Below, piece by piece: positions 9,319-20,050 of a stretch of 64,000 nucleotides of DNA; within the stretch, counting starts at the first letter, position 1, and every line of letters starts with the position of its first letter. The notes below the pieces were generated by a model, which worked only from the letters and a program-made list of their open reading frames with translations, was not told the origin of the DNA and ran no database searches. Both the position numbers and the translations under genes were made by a program. This DNA is from an uncultured delta proteobacterium (GTDB lineage Bacteria > Myxococcota_A > Polyangia > Polyangiales > Polyangiaceae), in assembly GCA_963850305.1 (NCBI GenBank), contig CAWKKR010000007.1, positions 768,001-832,000 of the forward strand, written 5' to 3'.

Positions 9319-11216
9319 GCGCACTGGCTGGCTCGCTCCGGCCTTCGCGACGCTGCTCTGTTTCGCCTGCGCTTACGATCCGAGGAACATCCACGTCGCG
9401 CGCACGGAGCCAGAGTGGGACGTGAGCCACGTCGCGCCCGAGAGCTGGCCGCTCTGCGTCTTGATCGGTCCTGGAAGCGCAGTCTCGGGCATCCATGGGA
9501 CCGATCTCGGTTTCACCGTCAAAGACCCGGCACATCCGGACCGATTGGCGGCGCTGTTCGGTGACACCTGGGCGGAGACCCGGAACGGGTGCGGGTACCC
9601 GGTTTCGAGGAGCGACGATCTCGAGGCTTCCCTACCGGTCGAGCGCCCGCCGATGCTCCACGCAGGGGAACCGACCGGCTCGGAGGGTGCCGCATGCGGG
9701 AGCCTGGACGTGCCCCCGATGCAGGCAGGTCCAACGCCGTGGCGTCCCATTCGGCTGTTCGACAGTCCAGCGGCGGGCCGCGACGACACGCCGCTCGACA
9801 CTGGCCCGCTCAGGACTCCGGTGGCGGCGTTCAGCGATGGCAGCCATGTGTTCGCCCTCTACAACCGCGACGAAGCGTCGCAGTGCAAGGTGTCGAGTGA
9901 ATGCCCCGATGGGATGGCGTGCTCCGTCGCGCCGGATTATCGCGGAAGGCGGCTCGGCGAGTGTTCTCACACCAGCGGTTCGGCGGGCGGCGCGGCGCCG
10001 GCGTATTGTCGGGACGTTTCGGACTGCGGTCCCGGTCTGCAATGCAGCCCCACGACTCGGGGGGTGTGCCTGGCGCGGAGGCCGTTTGCTCTGCAGACGC
10101 GACACGGGCTCGTCGAGCCCCCGTGGTACCGGGACGACCCGCGGCTCGGGATGGCCTACGTAATCGACGTCGCGGCTCGTCTCTGGCCCGATCGACCCAG
10201 CGACTATGCCGTCGTGGGGAGATTCGTCACCAATCGCTTCGTGAACGTCGCGGCGCGCACGGTGGCACACTTCGACCCGGAGCATGCCGAGTCGAATGAC
10301 TACGGTCCCGGGTTCCAGACGTTGCTCCTCTGGGGTCGCCCATCCTTCTTCGGCTCGGGTGGCGCCCAGAGCCTCCCGTTTCTCCTCTACCAATCGCTCG
10401 AGGCTTCTCACGGCGATCCGCGCGCGTTGAAATGGGAGCCGCACTTTTTCGCGGGATACGGCGCCACGGGCAAACCGCGCTGGTCCACCCGCGAGCGTGA
10501 CGCGATCCCCGTCTACGGCACTGCGGCGAAGCTTTCGGACCCTGGCTCCAGGATCGAGTGGACCGAGCCGGAGTTCGACTACGTGAATCAGATGTCGGTG
10601 AGCTGGGTCGCCCCCCTGAAGCGATGGGTGATGCTCTACGGGGGTGACGTTCCCGCCTTCATGGTTCGAGATCCGCATACCGGCGTCGTCCCGGAGCCTT
10701 TTTATGCTCAGCCCACGGCCGGGGCGATTCACTTTCGCGTGTCGCCACATCCGTGGGGACGAGCAAGCGGCCGCCAGAGCGAGCGAGACGGCTGGACGTC
10801 GCCGGAGCCGCTCCTGACTCGCGAAGAGGCGGCGCGCTACCTGGCATGCGGCAGGGGAGGACGAAAGGAGCTGCCGGGATGCGTGAAGGACGGCGAAGGC
10901 TCGCGGCTGCCGCCCGCTTTGGCGACCCCGCGTGCTTCCCTCGGAGAGCTCGTCGGGCAGACGTTCACGTGCTTCGCGGGCGACCTCGCGGAGGCAGTGC
11001 AAGCCGACGTGTCCGGCAACCCGATCGGTCGCTTGTACGCCCCGAACGTCATCGAAGCATGGACGGAGAACGTGAGCGACGCCTCGGCGGACGAACTTGC
11101 CGCGGAGATTCTACTGGAACGTGTCGACGTGGAACCCCTATCAGGTCGTGCTCGTCAAATCGCGTCTTCGCGCGCGAGCCGGCGGGGTCGTCACCGATGC
11201 TGCGGCCTCGCGGTGA
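9311..11216 (+). CDS. DUF4185-like exported lipoprotein with Cys-rich insert; one frameshift near 11110
   Basis: Lipobox-like FAC, GTDLG, LFGDT and LYAP motifs; the typical ending YWNVSTWNPYQVVL lies in another frame after ~11110, stop TGA 11214-11216. Confidence 0.65.
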
Positions 11217-11264
11217 GGCCTCGGACTCGTCGAGGGGCTCGCAGAGAATCGATGGGTCGACGGC

Positions 11265-14200
11265 TCAGGGCGATGGCGCGCCGCCTTCCGCGTCCGGAAG
11301 TCCGCGCCCCTTCCAGACCGCGAAGATCGCCGGGTAGACCGTGAGCTCCAGGAGAAACGACGTCACGAGGCCGCCGACCATCGGTGCTGCGATGCGCTTC
11401 ATGACGTCAGCGCCGGTCCCGGTGCTCGAAGAGAACGGGGACGAGGCCGATGATCATCGTCGCGACGGTCATGAGCTTCGGCCGGAGCCGCTTCGCCGCG
11501 CCTTCGACGATGGCCTCCTTCAGGTTGCCTCGCGAGAGGAGCGTTCCGTCGCGCTCGTGGCGGCGGTGCGCGAGCGAGAGATAGAGCAGCATCACGACGC
11601 CGGTCTCGGCATCGAGGCCCGCCAGCGCGATCATGCCGACCCAGACGGCGACGCTCAGGTTGTAGTGCAGCAAATACAGAAGCCAAACGGCTCCGACGAG
11701 CGAGAAGGGCACCGCCAGCATGACGATCATCGTCTCGACAATCGAGGTCGTATTCCAATAGAGCAAGGTGAACACGATGCCCAACGTAAGCGGGATGACC
11801 CACTCCAAGCGCGCCTTCGCCCGCTCGAAGTACTTGAACTGGCCCACCCACGCGAGGCGGGTCCCGGCGGGAAGCTGGACTTCGCGGGCGACGGCTCGCT
11901 TCGCGTCCGAGACGTAGTCGGCGATCGGTCGATCGGTGTCGACGAAGACGAATCCGACGAGCTTTCCGTCTTCGCTCCGGATCATGGGTGGCCCGATCAC
12001 GCTCCGGATCGTCGTCACTTGCGAAAGCGGCACCTGGGCGCCGTCGGGCGTGGAAATGAGCACGCGCCCGAGGAGCTCCGGATCGTCGCGGAACTCGCGC
12101 GCGTAGCGGACGGAGATCGGGTAACGCTCGCGTCCTTCGACCGTCTCGGAGACGTTTTCGCCGCCGACCGCGTGCGCGACGACCGAGTTGACGTCAGCAA
12201 CGGTCAGCCCGTGGCGGGCCGCTTCCACACGGTTCACGTCGAAGTCGACGTAGAAGCCGCCCGTCGACCGCTCCGCGAACGCGCTGCGCGTCCCCGGGCA
12301 TCCGCGATACCGCGTGTTCGACCGCGATCGCGGTCTTCTCGATGGCGCCGAGATCGTCGCCGAAGACCTCGATGCCGAGCGGGCTGCGCACTCCGGTCGC
12401 CAGCATCTCGGTCCGGGTCTGGATGGGCATCCACCACACGTTGGGCATGCCGGGGAAGTGGAGCTTCGCGTCCATCTCCTCGGACGAGCGCGTCCCAGGT
12501 GAGTCCCTCGGCGCCACTGAGAGCGCGGCTTCAGCACCACGGTGATCTCCGCCATGCCGAGCGGCGCAGGATCGGTCGCGGTTTCGGCGCGTCCCTCCTT
12601 GCCGAACACGCTGACGACCTCGGGGAACCTCTTTAGCTCGCGGTCCATCGCCTGCAGGAGCACGGACGCCTCGTTCTCGGACATGCCCGGCGGCGCTGTC
12701 GGCATGTAGAGGATCGACGCCCTCGTTCAGCGGCGGCATGAACTCGCTGCTCGAGGCGAGAGACCGCGGGGACGGTGAGCAACAACGTGAGGCAGCGCCA
12801 CGACGAGCACCTTCCAGCGATGGTCGCACGACGAAGCGCACGACGGGCGCGTAAGCCGCGGCCAGCCATCGATTGAGCGGGTTCCTGGATTCGTCGTGCA
12901 CCTTGCCGCGGATGAGAAGCACGGCGAGCGCCGGCGTGAGCGTGACGGCGAGGATCGCGGCAAAGCCGATCGAGTAGGTCTTCGTGAAGGCGAGCGGCTT
13001 GAAGAGGCGCCCCTCGGTTGCCTCGAGCGTGAACACGGGCAGGAAGGAGACGGTGATGACGAGGAGCGAGAAGAAGATGGACGGCCCGACCTCCTGCATC
13101 GCCGGAGATGATCGCCTCTGCGCGGGGACGTGGACGGCCATCCGCCGTCCCACTCGGCAAGCTTCTTGTGGATGTTCTCGATGATGATGATCGACCCGTC
13201 GACCATCGCCCCGATCGCGACCGCGATGCCCGCCGAGCGACATGATGTTCGCCGTGAGGTGCTGCTGGACCATCGGAATGAAGGCCAGGAGCACGCCGAC
13301 CGGCAGCGTCAGGATCGGGATCGAGCGCGCTCCGGGCGTGCAGCAGGAAGACGAAGATGACGAGGCTGACGACGATCATCTCCTCGACGAGCGTGTGCTG
13401 GAGCGTGTGCACCGAGTCTTCGATCAGGCTCGGACCGGTCGTAGGTCGTCACGACGTGAACGCCGGCCGGCAGGCTCCGCTGAATCTCGGCCGAGCGCGC
13501 CTTCACACGCCTCGATCACGGTCAGCGCGTTTTCGCCGTAGCGCATGATCACGATGCCGCCGGGCGCTTCGCCCTCGCCGTTCAGCTCGGTGAGGCCACG
13601 ACGAATGTCGGGGCCCGATGACTCACCGTCGCGACGTCCTTCACACGGACCGGCGTACCGTCGACGACCTTGATCGGACTCTCCCCGATGTCGGCCGGGT
13701 TCTTCACGTAGCCGCGCCCGCGGATCACCTGCTCGTGGCCCGCGATCTCGATGACGCGGCCCGCCGACCTCCTCGTTCGAGGCACGGACGGCTCGGACGA
13801 CCTCGTCCATCGTGACGCCGTGACCCGAGCAGCTTGTTCGGGTCGACGTTGACCTGGTACTGCTTCACGTATCCGCCGACGCTCGCCACCTCCGCGACGC
13901 CCGGGACGCTCTCCGAGCGCGTAGCGGACGTCCAGTCCTGGATCGAGCGGAGCTCCTGGAGGTCGTGCTTGCCGCTCTCGTCGACGAGGGCGTACTCGAA
14001 GACCCAGCCGACTCCGGTCGCGTCCGGGCCGAGCGTGGGGTTGACTCCTTGCGGCAGCCTGGCGCGGACGGAGTTCAGGTACTCGAGCACGCGGCTACGC
14101 GCCCAGTAGATGTCGGTGCCTTCATCGAAGATGACGTTGACGAACGACATCCCGAACATCGACTCGCCGCGTACGGCCTTTACCCTGGGCGCGGAGATGA

Positions 14201-14456
14201 GCGCCGCGGAGATGGGGTAGGTGACCTGATCCTCCACCAGATCGGGGCTCTGCCCCGTCCAGTCGGTGAAGACGATGACTTGCACATCCGAGAGGTCGGG
14301 GATGGCGTCCAGTGGTGCGCGCCGGAGCGAGACCCAGCCCCACGCCGCCAGCGCTCCCACGAACAGGATCGTGAGGAACGGACGATGCGCACTCGCGGCG
14401 ATGAGGCGCGCGATGAGGCTCGGCTCCCGATCCCCTTTCGAAGCAGGCGCGGTCAC
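11265..14456 (-). CDS. cusA: CusA/CzcA heavy-metal RND permease; multiple frameshifts, probably sequence errors
   Basis: LDAIPDLSDVQVIV, LGPDATGVGWVFEYAL, GRLFKPLAFTKT, MPIQTRTEML, AGLDAETGVVML and RLRPKLMT spread over several frames; GTG start overlaps the cusB stop. Confidence 0.9.
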
Positions 14457-15758
14457 TTCGATCCCATCGGGGAGGCCATGTCGTCCCAGTACTTCGCCGC
14501 CGTGCTGATCCGCGCTTCTGCGGCGATGAGGAAAATGCCGGAGGTAGCGACGATCTCGGCCTGGCCGAAGGCCCGCGAGCACTTCGTACATTCCGTCGGC
14601 TTCCGTACCGACGTGGATCTCCTGCGGCTGGAAGCGCCCCTGTCCGAGATCGACGAACACCAGCCGTCGCGGTCCGGTGTACACGACGGCGGAGGCGGGC
14701 ACTTGCACTCGAGGCTCTGCTTCGGAAGCGAGCTCCACCGTGGCGTACATCCCGGGGCGCAGGTCGAGGTTCTTGTTCGCGAGCTCCATGCGCACGTGTC
14801 CGGTGCGCGTCGTCGCGTCGAGGTACGGATAGACGTACGCGACTTTCGCCCCGTACGATTGTCCGGGAAGGTAATCGAGCGTGACCGTCGCGCTCTGGCC
14901 GACGTGCACGTGGGCAAGATCGCCTTCGTAAACGTCTGCTTCGACCCAGACGTCGCTGAGTCCGGCAATCCTGAAGAGGCGCACGCCGAGGTCGACCGAG
15001 GCTCCCTCGACGACGTTTTTCTCGATCACGAAGCCGCTCGCCGGCGCGGGTATCGTCACGTTCTCGACCGGCGCGTCCCTCTTGGCGATGACGTCAATCT
15101 CCGGGTCGCCGAGCCCGAGCAGGTGCAAGCGCTGCCGGGCCGCGCGCACGAGGAACTCGGCCCCGCCTGGCCCGCCACCGGAATCAGCACCTCCGCGTGT
15201 CGCGAGCAGAAAGTCCTGCTGTGCGTCGTAGAGCTCCGGGCTGTATACCAAAAAGAGCGGCTGCCCCGTGCGCACGCGCTGCCCGGTTTCGGTCACGAAG
15301 AGCTTCGTGATCCACCCCTGTACCCGGAGGTTCACGTCAGTGAGCTTCGATTCGTCGTACGCGATCCTCCCGACCGCGCGAAACGTGCGTCTCATCGGCG
15401 CCTCGACGACCGGACCGGTTCGGACGCCGATGAGCTGACGGCGCGACTCGTCGATCAGGACGACGCCCTTCTCTTCTTGGCTCTTCGTCACGGGGATGAG
15501 ATCCATGCCGCAAATGGGACACTTACCTGGTCCCTTCTGGTTCACCGACGGATGCATGGAGCACGTGTAATGGTCGATGTCGGTCGATACCCGCGTGGCG
15601 GCGTTCGGGGATCCGTCAGCGGGACCCACGGTCGTGCTGGTCCCGGCGAACCACGCGACGAGCGGCCTTTGGAAGACGATCGCCACGGTCCACAGCACGG
15701 CGGCGAATGCGAGGGACGAGAGGCGGCGCCGCGTGGCGGACGTTCGAGTCGTGTTCAC
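14453..15758 (-). CDS. cusB: CusB-type RND periplasmic adaptor with heavy-metal-binding domain; frameshift near 14570
   Basis: YTCSMHP...PGKCPICGMDL, GWITKL, YSPEL and LRPGMY motifs; C-terminus IVATSGIFLIAAEARI in a shifted frame. Confidence 0.88.
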
Positions 15759-17149
15759 CGGTCGTTCTCCCTTCCGTCGACTCCCGGCACGCGACCGAGC
15801 GCGCGATCCAGCTCCGCGTGGCGCCGGTCGCAGTCGGCGCGCGCCATCTGGTAGTCGAGTTCGGTGGTTCGAAGGTTCCTCTCGGCGTCGATCAGCACGG
15901 CGAAGGAGTTTCGTGAGGAGACGAAGCCCGCGCGCGCGGCGTCGACCTGGTCTCTCGCAACGGGCAGCAAGCGCCGCTCGAACAGGTCGAGCACCTGCCT
16001 CGACTCTCGAACCCGCTTCAACGTGACGAAGACCTGCGTGCGGGCCGCATCCTCCAGGCGCGCCACGTCGCTTTCGAATCGGCCGCGCAAGGCGGTCGCC
16101 TCCTCGACAGCACCCGTGCGACGGCCCGTCTGAATAGGCAGGTCGAACGCCAGCCCGAGCATCCACCGGTGCTCGGGCATGCTCCACATCGAGTTGTACG
16201 AAGTGGAAACGGTGAAGTCCGGGTAATCCTCGCGCCTCGCGCGAGCGACGCGCGTCCGTTCCGCGAGCGCGCGCTCTCGAGCTGCGGTGATTTCCGGGCG
16301 AGCGGAGACGGCGTCCGCCTGAAGGCGATTCATATCCGCGATGTCTGGAGCGGGCGACAAGGGCAACTCGTTCGGCGGCGGCGGCAGCGGCTCCTCCGGG
16401 ACTCGATGCAGGAGCTCGTTCATCTCGCCGGCAACTACGTCTCGGTCCGAGGCGAGCACCGCTGCGTCGCGCTCCCTGTGCGCGAGCTCCACCTCGGCCT
16501 GGAGTGGGTCCTGCGCAGAAGCGCGTCCGGCCTCGAACTGAGCCGTCGCGCTCGCACGAAACGTGCGCAGGAGCTCGACGTGCTGCGCGTTGATCTCGAG
16601 CGACCGCACGGCGACGAAGTACTGGTCGTAGAGAGTGAGCGCCGTGAGGGCGAGATCACGTCTCACCGATTCGAAATCGCTCTTCGCCGCTTCGGCCTCG
16701 GCGGCCGCGATCGAGGCCTCGAGTGATCTCTTCCCGAACCACGGCAGGCGCTGACTGACGCCCACCTCGTAGCCGAAGGGCGCGCGCGACGATCCGACGG
16801 ACAGCGGCGCGACTCCGACGTCCACGGTCGGATCGTCGAACGGTGCCACTTGCCGGACGCGCGACAGCGCGGCGTGCCATCCCTGGCGCGCTGCCTCAAT
16901 CGACGGATTGCTCGAGAGGACAGCGCGCACGAAGGCCGCGCGACCGAGCACGGAGCCTGCGAGGGCCCGGGCGTCGTCGTCCGACGCCACGCCGGAGCCC
17001 GTTGCCGCCGGTCGGGAGGGAGCGGCGCGCACCGGAGCCGCGTGCTCGTAGTCGGACCGAAGAGATCCGTAATCTGCGCTGCCCGCTGTGGTCGCGCAGC
17101 CGTTCAGGGACAAACAAAGGCCGATGAGACTCGTTCGCGTGCTGAGCAT
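15755..17149 (-). CDS. TolC/CusC-family outer membrane efflux lipoprotein
   Basis: Lipobox LNGC, NPSI.AA, SQRLPWFGKR and YPDF motifs; first structural gene of the cus operon; SD GCGGAGGAG. Confidence 0.9.
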   Translation of the reverse strand: MLSTRTSLIGLCLSLNGCATTAGSADYGSLRSDYEHAAPVRAAPSRPAATGSGVASDDDARALAGSVLGRAAFVRAVLSSNPSIEAARQGWHAALSRVRQVAPFDDPTVDVGVAPLSVGSSRAPFGYEVGVSQRLPWFGKRSLEASIAAAEAEAAKSDFESVRRDLALTALTLYDQYFVAVRSLEINAQHVELLRTFRASATAQFEAGRASAQDPLQAEVELAHRERDAAVLASDRDVVAGEMNELLHRVPEEPLPPPPNELPLSPAPDIADMNRLQADAVSARPEITAARERALAERTRVARARREDYPDFTVSTSYNSMWSMPEHRWMLGLAFDLPIQTGRRTGAVEEATALRGRFESDVARLEDAARTQVFVTLKRVRESRQVLDLFERRLLPVARDQVDAARAGFVSSRNSFAVLIDAERNLRTTELDYQMARADCDRRHAELDRALGRVPGVDGRENDR

Positions 17150-17261
17150 GACTCCTCCGCATCGTCATGAAGGCGGCGTTCGCGCGCGGACGCGAGAACG
17201 CACGGTCCATCGACGGCCGGCGCACCAGTGCGCCCGCTCGTCACGACGAACTTGCGATGGC

Positions 17262-17681
17262 TCAGATCAGCAGTGAACAGTGAGCGACGAACAGCGGAGG
17301 TCCGGCCGGCGGCGGCCCGCGCGCGTGCCCGAAGCGCGCCTGGATTGCGCTCGCCACGGTCGAGGTAAACACGGGCGTCGCGAGCACTGCCACGAGGGCT
17401 GCGACGGGAATAACGGTTGCCGAGAGAGGTGCGCTCGACGCGACGCCGGTGCACGCGGCCTTGAGGCGCACGCAGCAGTCCGGAGCGCGGGCTTCCTCTC
17501 GTCGCTGAACTCCGGTCGAGTCCTCGAGCCGCTCCGTACTGCGGTCGGTCTCGCAACAGGGCGCGTCCATCACGCGGCCCGTCATCCGGCAGAAGTAGTG
17601 AAAGCGGCCGAACGCGATGCCAGGCAGGATCAGCGCGAGACCGACCAGAAGGGCGACGAGTCGACGCTGAATGGAGATCAT
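17262..17681 (-). CDS. Cys-rich secreted leader protein (HYxC...CC...CC...RGPP), putative metal-responsive ribosome-arrest uORF
   Basis: Signal peptide, HYFC, two CC pairs, C-terminal HARGPPPAGPPLFVAHCSLLI; directly upstream of the TolC gene. Confidence 0.75.
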   Translation of the reverse strand: MISIQRRLVALLVGLALILPGIAFGRFHYFCRMTGRVMDAPCCETDRSTERLEDSTGVQRREEARAPDCCVRLKAACTGVASSAPLSATVIPVAALVAVLATPVFTSTVASAIQARFGHARGPPPAGPPLFVAHCSLLI

Positions 17682-18022
17682 CGAAAACCGGGCAGCATGT
17701 TAGCCGGAAACTCGGTGCCCCGCCACGTGGCCCCGGGTCGCGCCACCGAACGGCTTCCGCTGGTGCAGGCTTCTTCGGGCCAAAGTTCTGGCCAAACCCG
17801 GGGCGTTGCGGGCGCTGTGCCAGCGTCAGAGCCGAGACGGCCCCGCGAGCCCCCGACCGATCACGAAAAGCGAGTAGGGTGGAACCGAACTCGCTCGAAT
17901 CGGCCTCGTTTGATGCACGCATTGCCTGGGGCGTAAGCGCTGCGCGCGAGAGCAGGTTACGGCTGCCCGATTTTCTTCTAGCTTGTTCGCCGGAGCACAT
18001 CTTGCACTCGGCCGGCTTCAGG

Positions 18023-19039
18023 ATGAATGGTTCGTGTCCGCACGTCTCGCTCACGGGTTTGCTGTTGTCGTCGGCGCTCGGTTGCTCGCGAGGCGCCCCG
18101 CTCCCGTACGCGGGCTTCACCGACGCCCCGGTGGCCGCCGTGGCGTCCCTGGTCGCGGGCCAGGTCGATTCGATGCCCGTCCGCGAAGGTGACGTCGTCA
18201 AGAGGGGCGACCTTCTCGCGCAGCTCGACGCGCGGGAACGGCAGGCGGCGGTGGCACAGGCCGAGGCGAATCTCGCGCAGGCCAAGGAGGCGCTCAAGGA
18301 GGCCGAGGCGAATCTGCGGGCGGCCGTCCCCACGGTGAACGGCGCTCGCGCCGACATCGCGCAAGCTCAGGCAACGTTCGACGACAACGAGGACAACTTC
18401 GAGCGGACGCAGCACCTGGTCGACAGCGGTGCGGAGGCGGCCGCCACTTTGATCGCTGCGAGGGCGCGCATGCTGGAGGCGAAGGCTCACATCGAGTCGC
18501 TGACCGCCGCGCGAGCCGCCACAGCGGGTCGCGTCAACGCTTCTGCGGCGGCAGTCGCGGACGCGCATGCCGCGGTGGGGACTGCGCAGGCCACGCTCGA
18601 GGTCGCCAAGGTGCAGCTCGCGGAGGCTCAGGTGCTGAGCCCCTTCGACGGCCTGGTGGTGCAGCGGAACCTGCAGCCCGGAGAGTGGGCAGCGCCGGGG
18701 ACGCCGGTCGTGACGATCGAGGATCTCTCGCAGCTCTGGGTTCGCCTGGACATCGAGGAGAGCAAGCTCGAGGGTCTGCACCTCCAGCAGCCCGCGGAGG
18801 TTCACGTGATCGCCGAGCCCGGGAAGAGCTTCCTGGGCCACGTGATCGAGATCGGCGCCGAGGGTGATTTTGCGGTCAACCGGGACGTGAAGCGGGGCCG
18901 CCCCGATCTCCGGACGTTTCTCGTCCGCGTGGGGATCGAGGATCCCTCGCGGTCGCTCAGGCCGGGGATGACCGCGGAGGTCTCGATCCCTTCGCTCGCC
19001 GCGCCTTCGCGGACGGGCGAGAACCGCGCCGAGCGCTGA
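18023..19039 (+). CDS. HlyD-family periplasmic adaptor subunit
   Basis: VREGDVVKRGDLLAQLD, helical hairpin, SPFDG.V and LRPGM; lipobox-like ALGC after ATG 18023. Confidence 0.9.
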   Translation: MNGSCPHVSLTGLLLSSALGCSRGAPLPYAGFTDAPVAAVASLVAGQVDSMPVREGDVVKRGDLLAQLDARERQAAVAQAEANLAQAKEALKEAEANLRAAVPTVNGARADIAQAQATFDDNEDNFERTQHLVDSGAEAAATLIAARARMLEAKAHIESLTAARAATAGRVNASAAAVADAHAAVGTAQATLEVAKVQLAEAQVLSPFDGLVVQRNLQPGEWAAPGTPVVTIEDLSQLWVRLDIEESKLEGLHLQQPAEVHVIAEPGKSFLGHVIEIGAEGDFAVNRDVKRGRPDLRTFLVRVGIEDPSRSLRPGMTAEVSIPSLAAPSRTGENRAER

Positions 19040-19051
19040 CGGGCTCTTCCG

Positions 19052-20050
19052 ATGAACCCCGAGAACGCGATCGAGCTGCACAAGATCGTGAAGCGCTTCG
19101 GCGACTTCACCGCGGTGGACGGAGTCGACCTCGAAGTGCGCCACGGCGAGCTGTTCGGGATGCTCGGGCCCAATGGCGCCGGAAAGACGACGCTCGTGCG
19201 CATGCTCACCGGGATCGTGCCGGTCACGTCGGGCGAGGCGAGCGTCGCGGGCATCGACGTGCGGCGCGACCCGGGCGGCGTGCGGCAGGCGATCGGAGTC
19301 GTCCCGCAGGCCCTGACCTCCGACACCGATCTCTCCGGGTTCGAGAATCTCGACATCTACGCGCGCTTCTTCGACATGTCGCGCGACGAGCGCAAGCCCC
19401 GGATCGAGGAGCTTCTCCACAAGGTGGGACTCTGGGATCGCCGAAAATCGCTCGTCAGGACGTACTCCGGCGGAATGCGCCGCCGGCTCGAGATCGCGCG
19501 CGGGCTCATCCACAAACCGAAGGTGCTGTTCCTCGATGAACCGACGATCGGCCTCGACCCGCAGAGCCGGCACGTCATCTGGGACCTCCTGCTCGATCTG
19601 CGAAAAGGGTCCGAGCTGACCGTCTCGCTCACGACCCATTATCTGGACGAAGCCGAGGCGCTCTGCGACCGCGTGGCCATCATCGATCAGGGGAAGATTG
19701 TGGCGCTCGGCACGCCCCAGGACCTGAAGTCGGGCGTACCCGGCAGCGACACCGTGGAGCTCTCGCTCAGGGCCCCGCCGACGGACGCGCAGCTGGCCGA
19801 GATCCAGACGCTCGCGACTGTTCGCAACGTCGAGAGGACGTCCGACGGCCTGCGCGTGCGGGCGGACGGCGGCGCGGCGCTCTTGCCGAAGGTCATCGAG
19901 ACCCTCCGCGAGGACGGGCTCGAGGTCACGGCCGCCAGCCTGCAGCGCATCAGCCTCGAGGACGTCTTCATCCACTTCACGGGCCGATCGCTGCGCGAAG
20001 AGAGCGCGCCCAAGGGTCAGGCCTTCATTCCGCCGAGGAGGTTCACGTGA
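19052..20050 (+). CDS. ABC transporter ATP-binding protein (DrrA-like)
   Basis: GPNGAGKTT, YSGGMRRR, FLDEPTIGLDP and TTHY motifs. Confidence 0.95.
   Translation: MNPENAIELHKIVKRFGDFTAVDGVDLEVRHGELFGMLGPNGAGKTTLVRMLTGIVPVTSGEASVAGIDVRRDPGGVRQAIGVVPQALTSDTDLSGFENLDIYARFFDMSRDERKPRIEELLHKVGLWDRRKSLVRTYSGGMRRRLEIARGLIHKPKVLFLDEPTIGLDPQSRHVIWDLLLDLRKGSELTVSLTTHYLDEAEALCDRVAIIDQGKIVALGTPQDLKSGVPGSDTVELSLRAPPTDAQLAEIQTLATVRNVERTSDGLRVRADGGAALLPKVIETLREDGLEVTAASLQRISLEDVFIHFTGRSLREESAPKGQAFIPPRRFT

Noticed and set aside
13725..16187. Apparent 820-aa CusB-CusA fusion
   Set aside because: A frameshift near 14570 joins the cusB frame to the cusA start; the real cusB end lies in another frame, stopping at 14453
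17991..18006. Sigma-54-like GG-N10-GC upstream of the HlyD gene
   Set aside because: Poor -24 match (CGGAGCA) and too close to the likely start codon
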